From NCBI GenBank assembly GCA_045803545.1, contig JBJMOW010000004.1, forward strand, positions 288,001-352,000: a stretch of 64,000 nt of DNA. Reading direction: 5' to 3'. The stretch is from Gemmatimonadaceae bacterium (GTDB taxonomy: Bacteria; Gemmatimonadota; Gemmatimonadetes; Gemmatimonadales; Gemmatimonadaceae). The stretch's first letter is position 1; each line of letters begins with the position of its first letter. Of the stretch, positions 1 to 12,170 are shown piece by piece. The notes under the pieces were generated by a model that saw only the letters and a program-made list of their open reading frames with translations, was not told the origin of the DNA and searched no databases. The position numbers were made by a program, and so were the translations under genes.

Positions 1-226
1 CGTACCCTTCTCGTTCGAGACGTTGAAAGGCGGCGCGCACCGGCGTGCGGCTAACGCCAAATCGTTCGGCAACTTCGGTCTCGACGATCCGGGCGCCCGG
101 CGCGAGCTGACCGCGAACGATGAGGTTTCGCAGCGAGTCATAGAGCCGGTTGGCTCGCTCGGCAGCGCCGGCGGGTCGTCGTCCCTGTTCGAGGGCCCGC
201 GAGGTAGCGGCAGCTTTTCTCGGCAC
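1..226 (-). CDS. GntR-family transcriptional regulator (5' part; runs off window edge)
   Basis: Not in ORF track. My translation from GTG at 226: [75 protein letters not shown], a classic GntR wHTH ([19 protein letters not shown]...L..EG). Confidence 0.9.
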   Translation of the reverse strand, partial: MPRKAAATSRALEQGRRPAGAAERANRLYDSLRNLIVRGQLAPGARIVETEVAERFGVSRTPVRAAFQRLEREGY

Positions 227-294
227 AGCGCCAATATAGAACACATACCGATCTTGCGCCCACGCCTTCGCTGGCGTAATTCTGGCATTCAGTA

Positions 295-304
295 TTGTAT
301 ACAA
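295..304. promoter_or_regulatory. Putative GntR/FadR-type operator, perfect palindrome TTGTATACAA
   Basis: 10-bp palindrome between the divergent GntR gene and the permease; a degenerate copy (GGTATCCAA) follows at about 308-316. Confidence 0.6.
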
Positions 305-329
305 ATCGGTATCCAACGGGAGGAGCTTC

Positions 330-1805
330 ATGGCGCTGTTCACGAAGAAGGACGTCGGATCGCTACTGGCCGAAGCTGGAGCCGGTACGCTTCGACGGGA
401 GCTCGGTTCGCTCGCGATGGTGACGCTGGGGATCGGTGCCGTGATCGGCGCGGGAATCTTCGTCCTGACAGGCGCGGTTGCATCCCGCAACGCAGGCCCC
501 GCTCTGACGCTCTCGATGGTGATGGCCGGCGTCGCCTGCGCATTTGCCGGTCTGTGCTACGCCGAGCTGGCAAGCATGATCCCCGTGGCCGGCAGCGCCT
601 ATACGTATGCGTATGCGACGATGGGTGAGCTCTTCGCCTGGATCATCGGCTGGGATCTGATTCTCGAATACTCGCTCAGCTCATCATCGGTTGCGGTCGG
701 CTGGTCGGCGTATGCGCTGGCACTTTTCCGGGAGCTCGGAATGAATCTGCCAGCTCGCTGGACCGGTCCGCCCGGAAGCGAAGTAATGCTGCCCGACGGT
801 ACTGCGGCGACCGCCTTGTTCAACGTTCCCGCGGTTGTCATTTGTCTGCTTCTCACCACGCTGCTCATCGTCGGCATCCGGGAATCGGCACAGTTCAACA
901 CGGCTATCGTGATCCTCAAAGTCACGGTGCTGGCGATCTTCGTCGCCGTCGGTGCACGCTATGTGAACACCGCCAACTGGCACCCTTTCATTCCACCGAA
1001 TGCAGGTGAGTTCGGATCCTTCGGCTGGAGTGGTGTCCTGCGCGGCGCTGGCTTGATCTTCTTCGCCTACATTGGCTTCGATGCCGTGTCGACGGCCTCG
1101 CAGGAAGCGAAGAATCCGGGGCGCAGCGTACCCATCGGCATTCTCGCCTCGCTTGCGATTTGCACCATCATTTACATCGCTGTCGGCCTCGTCATGACTG
1201 GTATCGTGCCCTATCAGCAGCTCGACGTTCCGTCACCGCTCGCCCTCGCGGTGCAGAAGACCGGAGTCGCGTGGCTGCCTCCCATCATCAACATCGGCGC
1301 GATCTGCGGAATCTCCAGCGTCATCCTTGTCAACCTTCTCGGCCAGTCGAGAGTGTTCTATTCGATGAGTCGAGACGGACTATTGCCGCCGGTGTTCTCT
1401 CGACTGCATCCGCGCTTCCGCACGCCGCACATAACCACTGCCCTTACCGGCACCGTGGTCGCAATCGCAGCCGGTCTTTTTCCAATCGGCGTGCTCGGAC
1501 AACTGGTGAGCATGGGAACACTGCTCGCGTTTGCGATGGTGTGCATGGGAGTGCTGATCCTTCGCCGCACGGAGCCCAACGTGCCACGTCCCTTCAAGAC
1601 GCCGGGAATGCCGTGGGTGCCCGCGGCCGGAACGCTGATCTGTTTCTATCTAATGGTGGGGCTGCCGTTGGCGACCTGGATTCGTCTTTTCGTCTGGCTA
1701 ATCATCGGCCTGACCATCTACTTCGCGTACGGTAGATTCCGCGCTGCGTCACTTCGTACCGGCACCAGCGACGATTCACAACGCATCGAAGCCGCTTCAG
1801 CGTAG
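330..1805 (+). CDS. APC-family amino acid permease
   Basis: 491 aa, about 12 TM segments, [11 protein letters not shown] and [12 protein letters not shown] motifs; RBS AGGAG at 321-325. Confidence 0.93.
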   Translation: MALFTKKDVGSLLAEAGAGTLRRELGSLAMVTLGIGAVIGAGIFVLTGAVASRNAGPALTLSMVMAGVACAFAGLCYAELASMIPVAGSAYTYAYATMGELFAWIIGWDLILEYSLSSSSVAVGWSAYALALFRELGMNLPARWTGPPGSEVMLPDGTAATALFNVPAVVICLLLTTLLIVGIRESAQFNTAIVILKVTVLAIFVAVGARYVNTANWHPFIPPNAGEFGSFGWSGVLRGAGLIFFAYIGFDAVSTASQEAKNPGRSVPIGILASLAICTIIYIAVGLVMTGIVPYQQLDVPSPLALAVQKTGVAWLPPIINIGAICGISSVILVNLLGQSRVFYSMSRDGLLPPVFSRLHPRFRTPHITTALTGTVVAIAAGLFPIGVLGQLVSMGTLLAFAMVCMGVLILRRTEPNVPRPFKTPGMPWVPAAGTLICFYLMVGLPLATWIRLFVWLIIGLTIYFAYGRFRAASLRTGTSDDSQRIEAASA

Positions 1806-2882
1806 TGAGCGCGCGAAGATTTTGTCCCACGCTGTCAGCGATGTCTTGGGCCTAAGGGTGGCATCGACGAGCCCGAGCGTCGCGAACAGCGGAAGAATTG
1901 CCGGCTGTGGTTGGGGGAAGCTGCCAAGATCAAGGTCAGTGAACGAGAGCTGGAATACGCCGATTGCTTTGGCGTTGTCGAGTATCTCCGACTGCCGCGC
2001 GATGTAACGAGCCTGCATTTCGGCCGACGACGAGAAGACTCCGCTGACCGATGTCGACGGCCAGCCTCCCTCGACCACCATTTCGGGAAGCGTATGTGTT
2101 CCGCGCAATCGAGTGTAGTAGTCGGGTGGGATGTCGCGGGGATCCTTGAACCCGCCAAGGTACGGATAGGATGAGAGCGCCAGCAGGTTGTTGAACGGAA
2201 AGTCGCGCAGGTCCTGGTCGATTCCCACAAAACCACGGCCGCCTTGTCGACCGAGCCTGCCCCACGCCGTCTCCACCTGAACGCTCGCGTACAGCGGGAG
2301 TGCAGTCGCACTGCGCGTCCTTCGGACGTCTGTGGCAGCGTCATTCGTCATTCGCACGACTGCGTCATAAACCGCTCGCGGCGCTGCGAGGCGAATCAGA
2401 TTCGTTTCCGCGGCCAGTCCGAGGTAATCGGGATGCAGCATCTCTACGACCGCCCGCACATAGTTTCGATAGAGTCGCTGTATCGCCGGCTCGCTGATGC
2501 TGCGATGCGCCACTACGAGCGCGGCTGCTTCACTCTCGCGCGCGAGCCCATTGGTGACATCGATGGTCACCACCAGCTTGAGGCGCTTCGATCGATAGTA
2601 TTTCTCGAGATCGACGCCGTCTTTGCGGAGTGCGTCCTCGGGTGATGCGTCGGCGAGCATCAGCGCCCATGGTACGTCGACGTGCATGATTGCCGCGTCT
2701 GCGCGTTTCGACCACATGTCGAGTGATCGCACCGCGAGCTTCAAATCGGGCCGCGGTGGAATCACCGAGAAGCCCATGAAGTAGGATCGCGTCGGCTGGG
2801 AGCCGACATTCACACCTCGGGGTGCCGGCGCACACGCTGTAAGCACGACGGCAACTGCTAATGATGCGACGATGGGTTTCAT
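1797..2882 (-). CDS. Hypothetical lipoprotein, probable glycoside-hydrolase-like TIM barrel
   Basis: Start re-assigned to ATG 2882 (ATGA overlap with upstream stop). Lipobox VLTAC; DYLGLAAETN and MVVEGGWPS resemble clan GH-A catalytic strands. Confidence 0.6.
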   Translation of the reverse strand: MKPIVASLAVAVVLTACAPAPRGVNVGSQPTRSYFMGFSVIPPRPDLKLAVRSLDMWSKRADAAIMHVDVPWALMLADASPEDALRKDGVDLEKYYRSKRLKLVVTIDVTNGLARESEAAALVVAHRSISEPAIQRLYRNYVRAVVEMLHPDYLGLAAETNLIRLAAPRAVYDAVVRMTNDAATDVRRTRSATALPLYASVQVETAWGRLGRQGGRGFVGIDQDLRDFPFNNLLALSSYPYLGGFKDPRDIPPDYYTRLRGTHTLPEMVVEGGWPSTSVSGVFSSSAEMQARYIARQSEILDNAKAIGVFQLSFTDLDLGSFPQPQPAILPLFATLGLVDATLRPKTSLTAWDKIFARSLR

Positions 2883-4492
2883 TGTTTTCTCCACAAAGCT
2901 CGCCGACGATGAGCGGGGGCTACCAGGCGCTCGACGAGAGCAAGCACTCCGTCCACCGCCAGCGCCAGGGCTGCTGCTGGTAGCGCGCCCGACAAAATCA
3001 TTCTCGTGTCGGCGAGTGCGAGCCCGGCCACAATTGGCTCTCCCAACCCACCGGCACCGATGAAAGCCGCCAGTGTTGCCGCACCGACCGTGATGACAGC
3101 CGCCGTGCGCACACCAGACATTATTACCGGTGCCGCCAGAGGCAAACGCACCCACAAAAGACGCTGCATCGGAGTCGTACCCAGCGCTTCTGCCGCAGAG
3201 ACTGCATCGGGATCCGCATCACGCACACCGCTATAGGTCCCCCGAGCAATGGGATAAAGCGCGTACAACCAGAGCGCGACCAGCGCCGGAATCACTCCAA
3301 CGCCGAGGAGCGGTATCATGAACGCGAGCAGCGCAATGCTCGGAATCGTCTGCAACACACCCAGGCCGCCAATCACTGGTTCGGCTACTCTACGGCCGCG
3401 TTCGAGTATCAGTCCAAGCGGAATTGCGATGATCGCTGCCGCAAGTAGCGCGATTGCAACGAGCTCGAGATGGCGCGCGGTCATTCCCGCCAGCTGCGCG
3501 CGTCGGTCCCAGAGGTACGCAAAAAACCCTTCGCCCCTGGTAGCGCTGCTGGGCGCGGAGTTCGATGCGCGTGAATCGAGCAGTCCGAGCGCGGTCAACG
3601 CGCTTGACGCGACGGATCGTACATCTTCACCATCGACCTCCACGCGACGATTGAGCTGGCGCATTGTCGTCTCGGTCAACCGGTTGCTCAACAGCGTGAG
3701 AGCCGTGATCGCCGCCGGCTGACTTTGCGCGAATGCATCACTGACGAGCGCCGCAGCTTCGTACGGCGGAAAGAAGTGTCGGTCGTCGACTAGAGTGACG
3801 AGGTCGTACTTGGCCAGCAAGCCGTCGGTGGAGTAGCCATCGATGACGCCAACGGCACCCGCTGCCAACGCCTGATACTTCACGGCCGGGGCGAGCGGCC
3901 TGACTTCCCTCGGATGAACACCGTAAACTCGGGTCAGCCCAGCCAGTCCATCCGATCTGCCTATGAAATCGGCGGTCAGTCCGGCAGTCAGATGCGGACT
4001 CTCACGACCCAGATCCGTCAGGGTTCTCAGATTGTAGCGCTCGGCAGTCCGTCGCGTGACGGCAATCGCATAAGTGTTCTGAAATCCAAGTGGCGGCAGC
4101 CAGCGCATCTGAAACCGAGCAGCGAACTCCCGCGAGATGTGGGCAAACACTGACCGGGGATCCGCGACCACTGAGTCGGGCAGCGAATCGTGCAGCACGG
4201 CGATCAGTCCGGTGCCTGTGTACTCGGGATAGACGTCGATCGCGCCGGAACGAAGTGCACGAAACGCGATCTCGGTCGCGCCCAACCCAGGCTTTCGCTC
4301 GACGCTGAACCCGCGCGATTCGAGCAGCTGGGCGAACATCTCGCAGAGCAAATACGACTCACCAAACGGTTTCGATGCGACGACGACGGCTCTGGTTGCT
4401 CTTACCTGCGCCGCAGCGTTCGCCACAACTGATGTCAAAAGTATCGCGCCCGCGAGCCAAGCCCGGATCGAGCTCATCACGCGACAGGTCAC
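2879..4492 (-). CDS. Osmoprotectant (glycine betaine/choline) ABC transporter, fused substrate-binding + permease
   Basis: OpuAC-like SBP (SKPFGES, IDVYPEYTGT, FFPPYEA) fused to a C-terminal permease (QTIPSIALL, EAA loop AAEALG, IGAGGLG). Alternative start at 4477. Confidence 0.9.
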   Translation of the reverse strand: MTCRVMSSIRAWLAGAILLTSVVANAAAQVRATRAVVVASKPFGESYLLCEMFAQLLESRGFSVERKPGLGATEIAFRALRSGAIDVYPEYTGTGLIAVLHDSLPDSVVADPRSVFAHISREFAARFQMRWLPPLGFQNTYAIAVTRRTAERYNLRTLTDLGRESPHLTAGLTADFIGRSDGLAGLTRVYGVHPREVRPLAPAVKYQALAAGAVGVIDGYSTDGLLAKYDLVTLVDDRHFFPPYEAAALVSDAFAQSQPAAITALTLLSNRLTETTMRQLNRRVEVDGEDVRSVASSALTALGLLDSRASNSAPSSATRGEGFFAYLWDRRAQLAGMTARHLELVAIALLAAAIIAIPLGLILERGRRVAEPVIGGLGVLQTIPSIALLAFMIPLLGVGVIPALVALWLYALYPIARGTYSGVRDADPDAVSAAEALGTTPMQRLLWVRLPLAAPVIMSGVRTAAVITVGAATLAAFIGAGGLGEPIVAGLALADTRMILSGALPAAALALAVDGVLALVERLVAPAHRRRALWRKQ

Positions 4493-5238
4493 GCGAGCAA
4501 TCCCTGCAGCGACGCGCGCGCCTGCTCTATCAGCTGCGAGACGTACTCCGTCGCAGGACTTCTCACCAGCTGTGACATCGCCCCACGCTGCTCGATCTTT
4601 CCCTGACGCATTACGACGACCTCGTCAGCGAGTCGTGCAGCTTCAGCCAGATCGTGGGTCACGAGTAGTGTCGTCACACTGAGCTTTCGGCGTAGTCCGT
4701 CGAACGCCGTCTGCAGCTCCGCGCGCGAAATGGCATCGAGGGCGCCGAATGGCTCGTCGAGTAAAATCACCTCCGGACGCGCTGCAATACTGCGCGCCAG
4801 TGCTACGCGTTGACGCTGTCCACCAGACAGCTCGTGCGGAAAGCGCGATCCGAACTGAGCAGCCGGAAGACCTACGAGCTCGAGCGCATCACCCGCCCTG
4901 GCTTCGACATCCGTTTGACTCCGCAGCCTTGGCACCAACGCCACGTTTTTCAGAACTCGCCAGTGCGGTATGAGGCCGCCGTGCTGCTGGACGTACCCGA
5001 TTCCACGGCGCAGCTCGATCACGTCCTGCTGGCGAACGTTCTGGTCGCCGACTACTACATCACCACCAAGGGGCTCTACCAGGCGGTTGAAGCATCGCAG
5101 CAGCGTCGTTTTCCCTGATCCGCTCTCTCCGACCAGAGCGGTTGCCCTGCCCGCCGGAACCTCGATGCTCACATCACTCAGGGCGACGACGTCGCCAAAA
5201 CGATGTGAGACGTTGCGTGCGAGAACAGCACTCGGCAT
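4489..5238 (-). CDS. Osmoprotectant ABC transporter ATP-binding subunit
   Basis: Walker A GESGSGKT, LSGGQRQRV, LLDEPFGALD, VTHD; GTGA overlap with the downstream gene. Confidence 0.92.
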   Translation of the reverse strand: MPSAVLARNVSHRFGDVVALSDVSIEVPAGRATALVGESGSGKTTLLRCFNRLVEPLGGDVVVGDQNVRQQDVIELRRGIGYVQQHGGLIPHWRVLKNVALVPRLRSQTDVEARAGDALELVGLPAAQFGSRFPHELSGGQRQRVALARSIAARPEVILLDEPFGALDAISRAELQTAFDGLRRKLSVTTLLVTHDLAEAARLADEVVVMRQGKIEQRGAMSQLVRSPATEYVSQLIEQARASLQGLLA

Positions 5239-5374
5239 TTCCTAAAGTGGAGACGCCGGCGATCGACCGCTATGCGATGACGGCAGTTTCTGAAGTTTGC
5301 CGAGCGTTTCAACCCCTGTGTATCCGCTAATATTCACATCTCGACAATCGGATCCAGGAATGGCGGGCATCAAA

Positions 5375-6364
5375 ATGAAATCAAGGCGACTCGGCTCACA
5401 GGGCCTCAGCACCTCGGCAATTGGACTCGGCTGCATGGGCATGTCCGACTTCTACGGGCCCAGCAATGAGCAGCAGTCGATCGCTACGATTCACCGCGCC
5501 ATCGAGCTGGGCGTCAATCTGCTCGACACCGCCGATATATATGGTCCATTCACCAACGAGGAGCTCGTTGGTCGAGCAATCAAGGGAAAGCGCGACAAGG
5601 TTTTGATCGCCACCAAGTTCGGGAACGTGCGTGACCCGAAGACCAAGGCATTCCTCGGTGTCAACGGGAAGCCAGAGTACGTGCGACAGGCGTGCGAGGC
5701 ATCACTCAAACGATTGGGCATCGACACGATCGACTTGTACTACCAGCATCGGGTCGATCGCAACACGCCAATCGAAGACACGGTTGGCGCGATGGCCAAC
5801 CTCGTTCGTGAGGGCAAGGTGCGCTTCATCGGCCTGTCCGAGGCGTCAGTGCCGACGATTCGTCGCGCGCACAAGGTACATCCGATCACCGCGGTTCAAA
5901 CCGAGTATTCACTGTGGTCGCGAGATCCCGAAGATGGACTGCTGCAGGCACTACGCGCGCTCAATATCGGCTTCGTCGCGTACAGTCCTCTCGGTCGCGG
6001 ATTCCTGACGGGCCAGATCAAAACGGTCGACGATCTCGCTGACGACGATTTCCGTAAGCATCACCCGCGTTTTCAGGGCGAGAATTTTCAGAAGAATCTC
6101 GACCTGGTTGCACGCGTCGAGGAAATCGCCGCGGAGCACAACTGCACCGCGGCCCAGCTGGCGCTGGCGTGGGTACTCGCTCAGGGCGACGACATTGTTC
6201 CGATACCCGGAACGAGACATCCCGAGCGCCTCGAAGAGAATGTAGCCGCGCTCGCTGTCGTGCTGTCGGAAAACGATTTACGCCGCATCGATACCGCCGC
6301 CCCAAAAGGTGCGACGGCCGGCGATCGTTATCCCGAAGGTGGGATGAGAACGATCAACGGCTAG
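5375..6364 (+). CDS. Aldo/keto reductase
   Basis: [33 protein letters not shown] motifs; start taken at ATG 5375 (MKSRRLG). Confidence 0.93.
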   Translation: MKSRRLGSQGLSTSAIGLGCMGMSDFYGPSNEQQSIATIHRAIELGVNLLDTADIYGPFTNEELVGRAIKGKRDKVLIATKFGNVRDPKTKAFLGVNGKPEYVRQACEASLKRLGIDTIDLYYQHRVDRNTPIEDTVGAMANLVREGKVRFIGLSEASVPTIRRAHKVHPITAVQTEYSLWSRDPEDGLLQALRALNIGFVAYSPLGRGFLTGQIKTVDDLADDDFRKHHPRFQGENFQKNLDLVARVEEIAAEHNCTAAQLALAWVLAQGDDIVPIPGTRHPERLEENVAALAVVLSENDLRRIDTAAPKGATAGDRYPEGGMRTING

Positions 6365-6755
6365 GGCGACGCCGCTTGCGGCTCCCTTGATCCCAATCCG
6401 TCAGCGCTGACACGACAAGCGTTAACGCCGTCAGTCCAAAGCACATGTTGCGCGCGGCGCGGTCCTCGGCGAAGCCGAGTAGCCATGGCATTGCCGGCAA
6501 GATCGCCGCGATCGCCAGCTCGGCCGCGCCGTGTGCCTTGAACGGAACGAGTCGCTTGAGACTCAGTGGATAGTCAGTGACTGAAGACAGCCCCGTATAG
6601 CCGGTAGCCAGGCCTTCAAAAAGATTCCGCGCAGCTCTTGGTACGTCGAAAATCGCCGGCGCTACTGCAACCGCTGCTGACGTCCCGTAATCGATCATGC
6701 CGTGCACGCGCGGCGAAATTGGCCTGCGCATCCTTCCTCGTGTTGGTCTCGCCAT
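6354..6755 (-). CDS. SPW-repeat-like small membrane protein
   Basis: [25 protein letters not shown] and PWLLGF motifs; ATG 6755 with GGAGG RBS. Confidence 0.7.
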   Translation of the reverse strand: MARPTRGRMRRPISPRVHGMIDYGTSAAVAVAPAIFDVPRAARNLFEGLATGYTGLSSVTDYPLSLKRLVPFKAHGAAELAIAAILPAMPWLLGFAEDRAARNMCFGLTALTLVVSALTDWDQGSRKRRRPSR

Positions 6756-6780
6756 TGCCCCTCCCAGTAACGGGAGTAAA

Positions 6781-6796
6781 TGCGAGACCCGTTCCA
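6781..6796 (-). promoter_or_regulatory. Putative sigma54 -24/-12 promoter (TGGAAC-gggtc-TCGCA)
   Basis: GG-N10-GC spacing, 26 nt upstream of the SPW-like gene start. Confidence 0.45.
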
Positions 6797-6834
6797 CTAC
6801 GTCGCTGCCTTGACTCGGCAAGGAGAGAACCGCT

Positions 6835-8511
<1,677 letters not shown>

Positions 8512-8551
8512 CCGGGCAATTTAAGGAGTGCTGAACCCGGCTGTGCCCACC

Positions 8552-8569
8552 ATCCTCAATTAATCCGCG
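8552..8569. repeat. 18-bp motif ATCCTCAATTAATCCGCG, copy 1 (upstream of ettA)
   Basis: Identical to 40264-40281. Confidence 0.8.
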
Positions 8570-8596
8570 GTCAGCAATGCCGTTGGTCCGAACACC

Positions 8597-9403
8597 TCAA
8601 TCAGGTTGCTTCGGCTCTCCGAGCATTGCGTGATCGTGGTCCATGTGGTCATCGTGCCAGATGGACTTCAGATCATTCCCGGCGAAGGCATTGGCGTGCA
8701 GCATCCAGCCGAACGCCTGCGGGATGAACCGGCCGTTCGCCGCTTCGCACTCCTCGCGCGTCGCGACACCGAGCGGACCGAAGATCGGACGACCGTCCTT
8801 AGTCTCGTACCAGCGATCCTTTGCGCTCCGCGCAGGGACGCACCAGTTGACGTGACGGTGCCAGCGCGCAACACTGAGCGGGACTCGCTCGTTGAGCTCG
8901 TCTTCAGTGGTGCCGCGCGAAGCGGTGTACATCGCGCCAATCAGATGGAACTGCCCCTGCGCGTCTTTTGTATAGAGCAGTGACGTGGGACGGGCGGGAT
9001 CGAAGCCCCATTGGTTGCGCAAGGCATTCCAACCCTTGGTGAAGTGATATTGCGGCTGATTCTTGATCTGCGGCGCGAACATCTTGTAGCCGTCCGCTTC
9101 CGCGACCTTTACGTCCGAATACCTCGCGATCGCCTGACGCAGCTCATTGATCACTTGCGCCGCACGAACTGAATCGGCCGCAGTCATCGCCCGCGGATTG
9201 GAGTAGGCCATATGCTTCGCCATTGCTTCCATCCGCCAATCGGGCGCGGCATCCATGTGCATGTCGCCCATCGAGTGCGCTGACATCGAGCTATCCCCGT
9301 GTGCGTGCGACTGCTGCGCGAAAATTCGGGTGGGCGCGCAGAGAGCGCCGAGCACACACAGCGAGCGTGTGAAACGAAGAGCCTTGGAGTGGGTCATCGC
9401 CAA
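8597..9403 (-). CDS. Hypothetical secreted His/Met-rich protein
   Basis: Signal-peptide-like N-terminus; His/Met-rich ends; core motifs YSDVKVAEADGY, YHF, PTSLLY, WHRHVNWC, GWMLH. Confidence 0.8.
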   Translation of the reverse strand: MAMTHSKALRFTRSLCVLGALCAPTRIFAQQSHAHGDSSMSAHSMGDMHMDAAPDWRMEAMAKHMAYSNPRAMTAADSVRAAQVINELRQAIARYSDVKVAEADGYKMFAPQIKNQPQYHFTKGWNALRNQWGFDPARPTSLLYTKDAQGQFHLIGAMYTASRGTTEDELNERVPLSVARWHRHVNWCVPARSAKDRWYETKDGRPIFGPLGVATREECEAANGRFIPQAFGWMLHANAFAGNDLKSIWHDDHMDHDHAMLGEPKQPD

Positions 9404-9436
9404 CCGTCGTCAGGGTTCACGGACTGCATGTACCCA

Positions 9437-9466
9437 GTTAGACGATCACGACGAAGGCGGGTTAAC
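9437..9466 (-). promoter_or_regulatory. Putative ECF-sigma promoter GTTAACCC-N14-CGTCTAAC
   Basis: AAC-N16-CGTC layout; near-identical boxes at 50628-50658. Confidence 0.5.
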
Positions 9467-10568
9467 CCCCGTAAGTCGCTATCAACCGGTTCAGTGCGTC
9501 CTTAACCCGCTCGTGCGGCAGTTGATGAATCTCGGCTTCGTTCCAGGCGATGATCTCGCCCGGCGTGTTCCACGGCGCGTAAGGCTTGTGCTCGCGCTTC
9601 AGCAAAACGAGTGAAGGCCGGCGGAACGCCGACGCAGCGTGCGAGATGCTGGTGTCGGGCGTGAAGACCATATCGGAGGTTCCAACGAGCGCGAATGCAT
9701 CACGCAGGTTCGGCGTTTTCACCGGCAGCGCATTCGCTGCGTTTGCAACCCTACTCACCGAATCCCACTCTGCCGGGAGACCGATCACGACCATCGGCAT
9801 TCGCGGATTTTTCGCGCGAACTGCCTGCAGCGTAGCAATAAATTTCCCGTCCGGCCAGCGTCGCTTCGGCTCCGAGGCGGAGAGGTTGACGAGCAATCGT
9901 TTTGGCGAGCCATCGGCAGCGCCGCTGACCAAAGCGGCCGCGTCCTGCCATTCCTTCTCCGCTTGTCCACGCTCATCGTCGGAGAGGAAGATCTCGGGTT
10001 GCCAGTCAGCGCCGTTAGGATCGACGCCGAACGGAACTGCCAAATGCTTGGACCCTTCGATGTAGTGATCGACGCGGTTCCACTCCGGCACGCAGACGTT
10101 GTAAATGCGCGGGCGTCGATCACCGCGTGCGCCGACTCTGAACCGCGCTCGTCCAGCGTACATCAACAGCGGCGTCGATGTGAACATGGGTGGATTATTG
10201 AGCCGACCATCCACCATTACGGTGTACTTCTCCTGGCGCAGCCGTCTCATTGTATCCGTGTAGCTCCGCCACGATTTGCGATCGAGCACCAGGATATTAC
10301 CAACGTACGGATTCTGCTCGAGGACCGCGGCGGTTGTCGGCGTTCCCAGCACGTCCACTTTTCCACTGGGCAGCGCGCGGGCGATGTTCCGGATCACCGA
10401 CGTCGCCATGATCATGTCACCAATGCGCTCATATCGCATGAACAGAACGCGATAATCGGAATTCGTGGGCGGGGGCAATGTCGTTTTATCCGGACCGGGC
10501 AACATCCAGTCGAGGACGCGCATCCAGAAGCCGCGCCAGGCGATTTCAATCTTTCTCAGGTCCACCAA
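9462..10568 (-). CDS. Glycosyltransferase family 9 (ADP-heptose:LPS heptosyltransferase-like)
   Basis: RYERIGDMIM, KRRWP, TPDTSISHAASA motifs. Confidence 0.88.
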   Translation of the reverse strand: MVDLRKIEIAWRGFWMRVLDWMLPGPDKTTLPPPTNSDYRVLFMRYERIGDMIMATSVIRNIARALPSGKVDVLGTPTTAAVLEQNPYVGNILVLDRKSWRSYTDTMRRLRQEKYTVMVDGRLNNPPMFTSTPLLMYAGRARFRVGARGDRRPRIYNVCVPEWNRVDHYIEGSKHLAVPFGVDPNGADWQPEIFLSDDERGQAEKEWQDAAALVSGAADGSPKRLLVNLSASEPKRRWPDGKFIATLQAVRAKNPRMPMVVIGLPAEWDSVSRVANAANALPVKTPNLRDAFALVGTSDMVFTPDTSISHAASAFRRPSLVLLKREHKPYAPWNTPGEIIAWNEAEIHQLPHERVKDALNRLIATYGG

Positions 10569-11085
10569 TCAGCCGAAGCTCCAGCAACTTTCGTGAAGGT
10601 TGCGGATCGCGAGTGTGATAGAGCTGAATCGCATCTATCATGAACGGTTCGGAGATCCGCACATCGAGCAGCTCCCGTCGCGATTTCGAATCACGCGATG
10701 GGTACAGACTCAGAGTTGCATGAGGGCTAAAAGTGTACCGCGACCTCGTAAAGGGCAGGCCACTGGTTAGAAGGCGGTCGTGAAGAACCCTGATTTCGCC
10801 GTGAGGGGCGATCGGTAAAACGATGATGTCGGTCTGCATGAACCGCTGTGGGGGCTGAAATGAGAGCATCAACGGCGGAGTCGTTCGAGCGATCGGCTCG
10901 ACTGCCGCACTCATTTCCTCCACGGTCACAGATGGCGGTATCGGGCCAGCCCCCGATGAGCCTGTCAGAGTTATGTGCGGCGGCTTATACCGGGCGAGCT
11001 TCGGATCATATCGCTCGTTGATGGCGCGAATCTGATCGCTGATTGGGCCCGGCAGCTCCGCCAGGATAAAGATGCCATTGAGCAA
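10546..11085 (-). CDS. 2H phosphoesterase (2'-5' RNA ligase family)
   Basis: Two HxT motifs, PHITL and PHATL; TTG start. Confidence 0.85.
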   Translation of the reverse strand: MLNGIFILAELPGPISDQIRAINERYDPKLARYKPPHITLTGSSGAGPIPPSVTVEEMSAAVEPIARTTPPLMLSFQPPQRFMQTDIIVLPIAPHGEIRVLHDRLLTSGLPFTRSRYTFSPHATLSLYPSRDSKSRRELLDVRISEPFMIDAIQLYHTRDPQPSRKLLELRLIGGPEKD

Positions 11086-11263
11086 GCATCACTCGCCGTG
11101 AAGTGCAGTTATTGTCAGAACCGGATTGAAAATAAAACCGGATTCGCTCCGATCTGCGACTTTTTTCCCCCAATCAGTTTGAGCGGATTCACGGGGTTTA
11201 GTCAACACCAATGCAAGTCGCTTACCCCTTGTAAATCACCTTTGTAATCGCGATATCACTCGA

Positions 11264-12169
11264 ATGCTGACTATCGACCTTACAGGTAAGCGCGCGCTGG
11301 TTGCTGGCGTTGCTGATGACGCCGGGTTCGGCTTCGCTATAGCCAAAGCATTAGCCGAGGCAGGCGCCAGTGTATCTGTTGGCACCTGGCCGCCGGCGCT
11401 CAACATCTTCATGAACCTTCTCGAGCGCGGCAAGATGGACGAATCGCGCAAGATGTCCAACGGCCGCACGCTGGAGTTCGAAAAGATTTATCCGCTCGAC
11501 GCCGCCTACGACACTCTCGCTGACGCGCCGGACGACATCCGCAACAACAAACGCTACAAGGACAACGGCGATTTCAGCATCGATGGTGTGGCGCGTCGCA
11601 TCGAATCGGACTTCGGTAAAAACTCCCTCGATATCGTGATCCATTCGCTGGCTAACGGTCCGGAGGTTAAAAAACCGCTGCTCGAAACCAGTAGAGCGGG
11701 CTACCTGACCGCCGTCAGCGTCAGCGCATACTCCCTGGTATCGATGGTCGCTCGGCTGTCGCCGTTAATGCGAAAGGGTGGATCGTTTCTGTCGCTGACG
11801 TACATGGCGAGTGAGCGTGTAATTCCGGGCTATGGCGGGGGAATGTCCTCAGCCAAAGCTGCGCTCGAGAGCGATACCCGCGTGCTCGCATTCGAGGCAG
11901 GCCGAAAGTACGGAGTCCGCGTCAACACCATCTCTGCCGGTCCGCTTGCATCTCGCGCTGCCAGCGCGATTGGCATCATCGAGAAGATGGTCGAGTACTG
12001 CGCACAGAATTCGCCGCTGCCGGATCCGTTGCAGGCGGAAGAAGTCGGAACAGCGGCTGCGTTCCTATCGAGCCCACTCGCTGCCGGGATCACCGGCACC
12101 GTTGTCTACGTCGACAAGGGTTATCACTCGATGGGGATGACGATGCAGGAGACAGCGCCGACGGCCTGA
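11264..12169 (+). CDS. fabI: Enoyl-[ACP] reductase (plant/chlamydial-type FabI)
   Basis: [55 protein letters not shown]. Confidence 0.93.
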   Translation: MLTIDLTGKRALVAGVADDAGFGFAIAKALAEAGASVSVGTWPPALNIFMNLLERGKMDESRKMSNGRTLEFEKIYPLDAAYDTLADAPDDIRNNKRYKDNGDFSIDGVARRIESDFGKNSLDIVIHSLANGPEVKKPLLETSRAGYLTAVSVSAYSLVSMVARLSPLMRKGGSFLSLTYMASERVIPGYGGGMSSAKAALESDTRVLAFEAGRKYGVRVNTISAGPLASRAASAIGIIEKMVEYCAQNSPLPDPLQAEEVGTAAAFLSSPLAAGITGTVVYVDKGYHSMGMTMQETAPTA

Positions 12170-12170
12170 G

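Noticed and set aside
23..628. 201-aa + strand ORF in the track
   Set aside because: Shadow ORF: antisense to the GntR gene and out of frame over the permease.
9639..10643. 334-aa + strand ORF
   Set aside because: Antisense to the GT9 gene; a typical high-GC shadow frame with no motifs.
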